Shown: positions 63,352 to 64,000 of the stretch, piece by piece
Position numbering within the stretch: position 1 is the stretch's first letter
How the letters are laid out: each line of letters begins with the position of its first letter
Origin: Patescibacteria group bacterium
GTDB lineage: Bacteria; Patescibacteriota; Patescibacteriia; UBA9570; JAHJKD01
Assembly: GCA_018822435.1 (NCBI GenBank)
Contig: JAHJKD010000050.1
Location: forward strand, 1,531-65,530
Direction of reading: 5' to 3'
DNA length: 64,000 bases
The notes under the pieces: generated by a model
What the model was told of the DNA's origin: nothing
What the model saw: only the letters and a program-made list of their open reading frames with translations
The model's database searches: none
Position numbers and translations under genes: made by a program

Positions 63352-64000
63352 TCAGTGTTTGAAAGCGCGTGAACCAGTAAACACCATCGGGATCTTGTGT
63401 TCATTGCAAGCGGCGATCACCTCGGCATCGCGCTTGGACCCGCCAGGCTGAATAATGGCCCGAATTTTTTTATCCGCAATTTCATCAATGGAGTCGCGGA
63501 AAGGGAAAAAGGCGTCAGATGCTAAAATGCATCCTTCTACATTACCTTCTGCTTTCATAAGAGCGACCTTAGTGGAATCAACCCGGCTCATCTGGCCCGC
63601 GCCCACTCCCACTGTGGTCATATCTCTAGTAAATAAAATTCCGTTTGATTTGATGTGCTTGATCACTTTCCAGGCAAAAAGCATTTCCTGGATATCTTCT
63701 TTTTTTGGCTTAATTTTTGTGGCCACTTCCAGATCCTTTTCCGTAACAATCAGCCTGTCCAGATCCTGAATCAACATGCCGCCCACAACTTTTCTCATGT
63801 CCCATAAATGCGGTTCCTTAGAAATCGGTCCGACTTCAATCAAACGCAAATTCTTTTTCTTGGCTAACACGTCATGGGCGTCATTATCAAAGCTCGGGGC
63901 AATTACAATTTCCACGAATACTTTGGCCAGCTCTTCCGCAATTTCTTTAGTACAGTCTCGGTTCAAAGCAATGACCCCGCCAAAAGCAGAGAGAGAATCT
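63352..64000 (-). CDS. purH: Bifunctional purine biosynthesis protein PurH (AICAR transformylase domain), partial; N-terminus beyond the window end
   Basis: The frame is open to the window end. Translation ...DSLSAFGGVIALNRDCT...GAGQMSRVDS...IIQPGGSKRD...MVFTGSRAFKH matches the PurH C-terminal domain. Confidence 0.9.
   Translation of the reverse strand, partial: DSLSAFGGVIALNRDCTKEIAEELAKVFVEIVIAPSFDNDAHDVLAKKKNLRLIEVGPISKEPHLWDMRKVVGGMLIQDLDRLIVTEKDLEVATKIKPKKEDIQEMLFAWKVIKHIKSNGILFTRDMTTVGVGAGQMSRVDSTKVALMKAEGNVEGCILASDAFFPFRDSIDEIADKKIRAIIQPGGSKRDAEVIAACNEHKIPMVFTGSRAFKH

Overview
This 64-kb window comes from an A+T-rich, gene-dense bacterial chromosome.

**Core genes.** Most genes are housekeeping:
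- folD-glyA
- an Elp3-type radical-SAM/GNAT gene, with a Trm9-like methyltransferase nearby
- pmm-gpmI-murI, murD, trpS
- RNase J, tRNA-Leu(CAG), an OppA-like binding protein, secG
- pcrA/uvrD, uvrC, uvrA, epmA-efp
- an initiator-like tRNA-Met(CAT)
- groES-groEL behind a perfect CIRCE operator
- recA, ftsK, guaA, purH

The gene set, the many small hypothetical proteins and the near absence of Shine-Dalgarno (SD) sequences fit a reduced-genome lineage such as Patescibacteria/CPR. That placement is inference only, because no homology search was possible. All family calls rest on motifs I recognise by eye.

**Main anomaly.** Eight short, visibly G+C-rich transcription units sit in intergenic gaps of the A+T-rich backbone, at about 2.0-4.4 kb (two genes), 16.6-17.0, 19.6-20.05, 20.7-21.25, 37.6-38.1, 47.47-47.72 and 52.45-52.95 kb.
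- All eight carry SD-like sequences; most are canonical AGGAGG-type matches, which backbone genes almost always lack.
- Most have their own GC-rich hairpin terminator.
- Most have an AT-rich TTGAC(A/T)-N17/18 promoter.
- No recombinase lies next to any of them.
- Apart from one class IV aminotransferase-like gene, their products match no family I recognise.

**Other structure**
- A 6-kb accessory cluster (16.6-22.5 kb) is made of single-gene units, each ending in the same conserved hairpin (GACCCGCCTATCAAGCGGGTC plus a T-run, 8 copies, all in one orientation).
- A 2-kb islet with no integrase is bounded by a 42-bp direct repeat of the 3' half of tRNA-Met.
- A MITE-like inverted-repeat element brackets the groESL locus.
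- Two palindromic/REP-like repeat families are present.
- A GxxExxY nuclease-like gene is flanked by 27-bp inverted repeats.
- A MerR-HTH::GHKL-ATPase gene is paired with a STAS-like gene behind three 10-bp direct repeats.

**Not found.** I saw no CRISPR array, rRNA gene, transposase or integrase.
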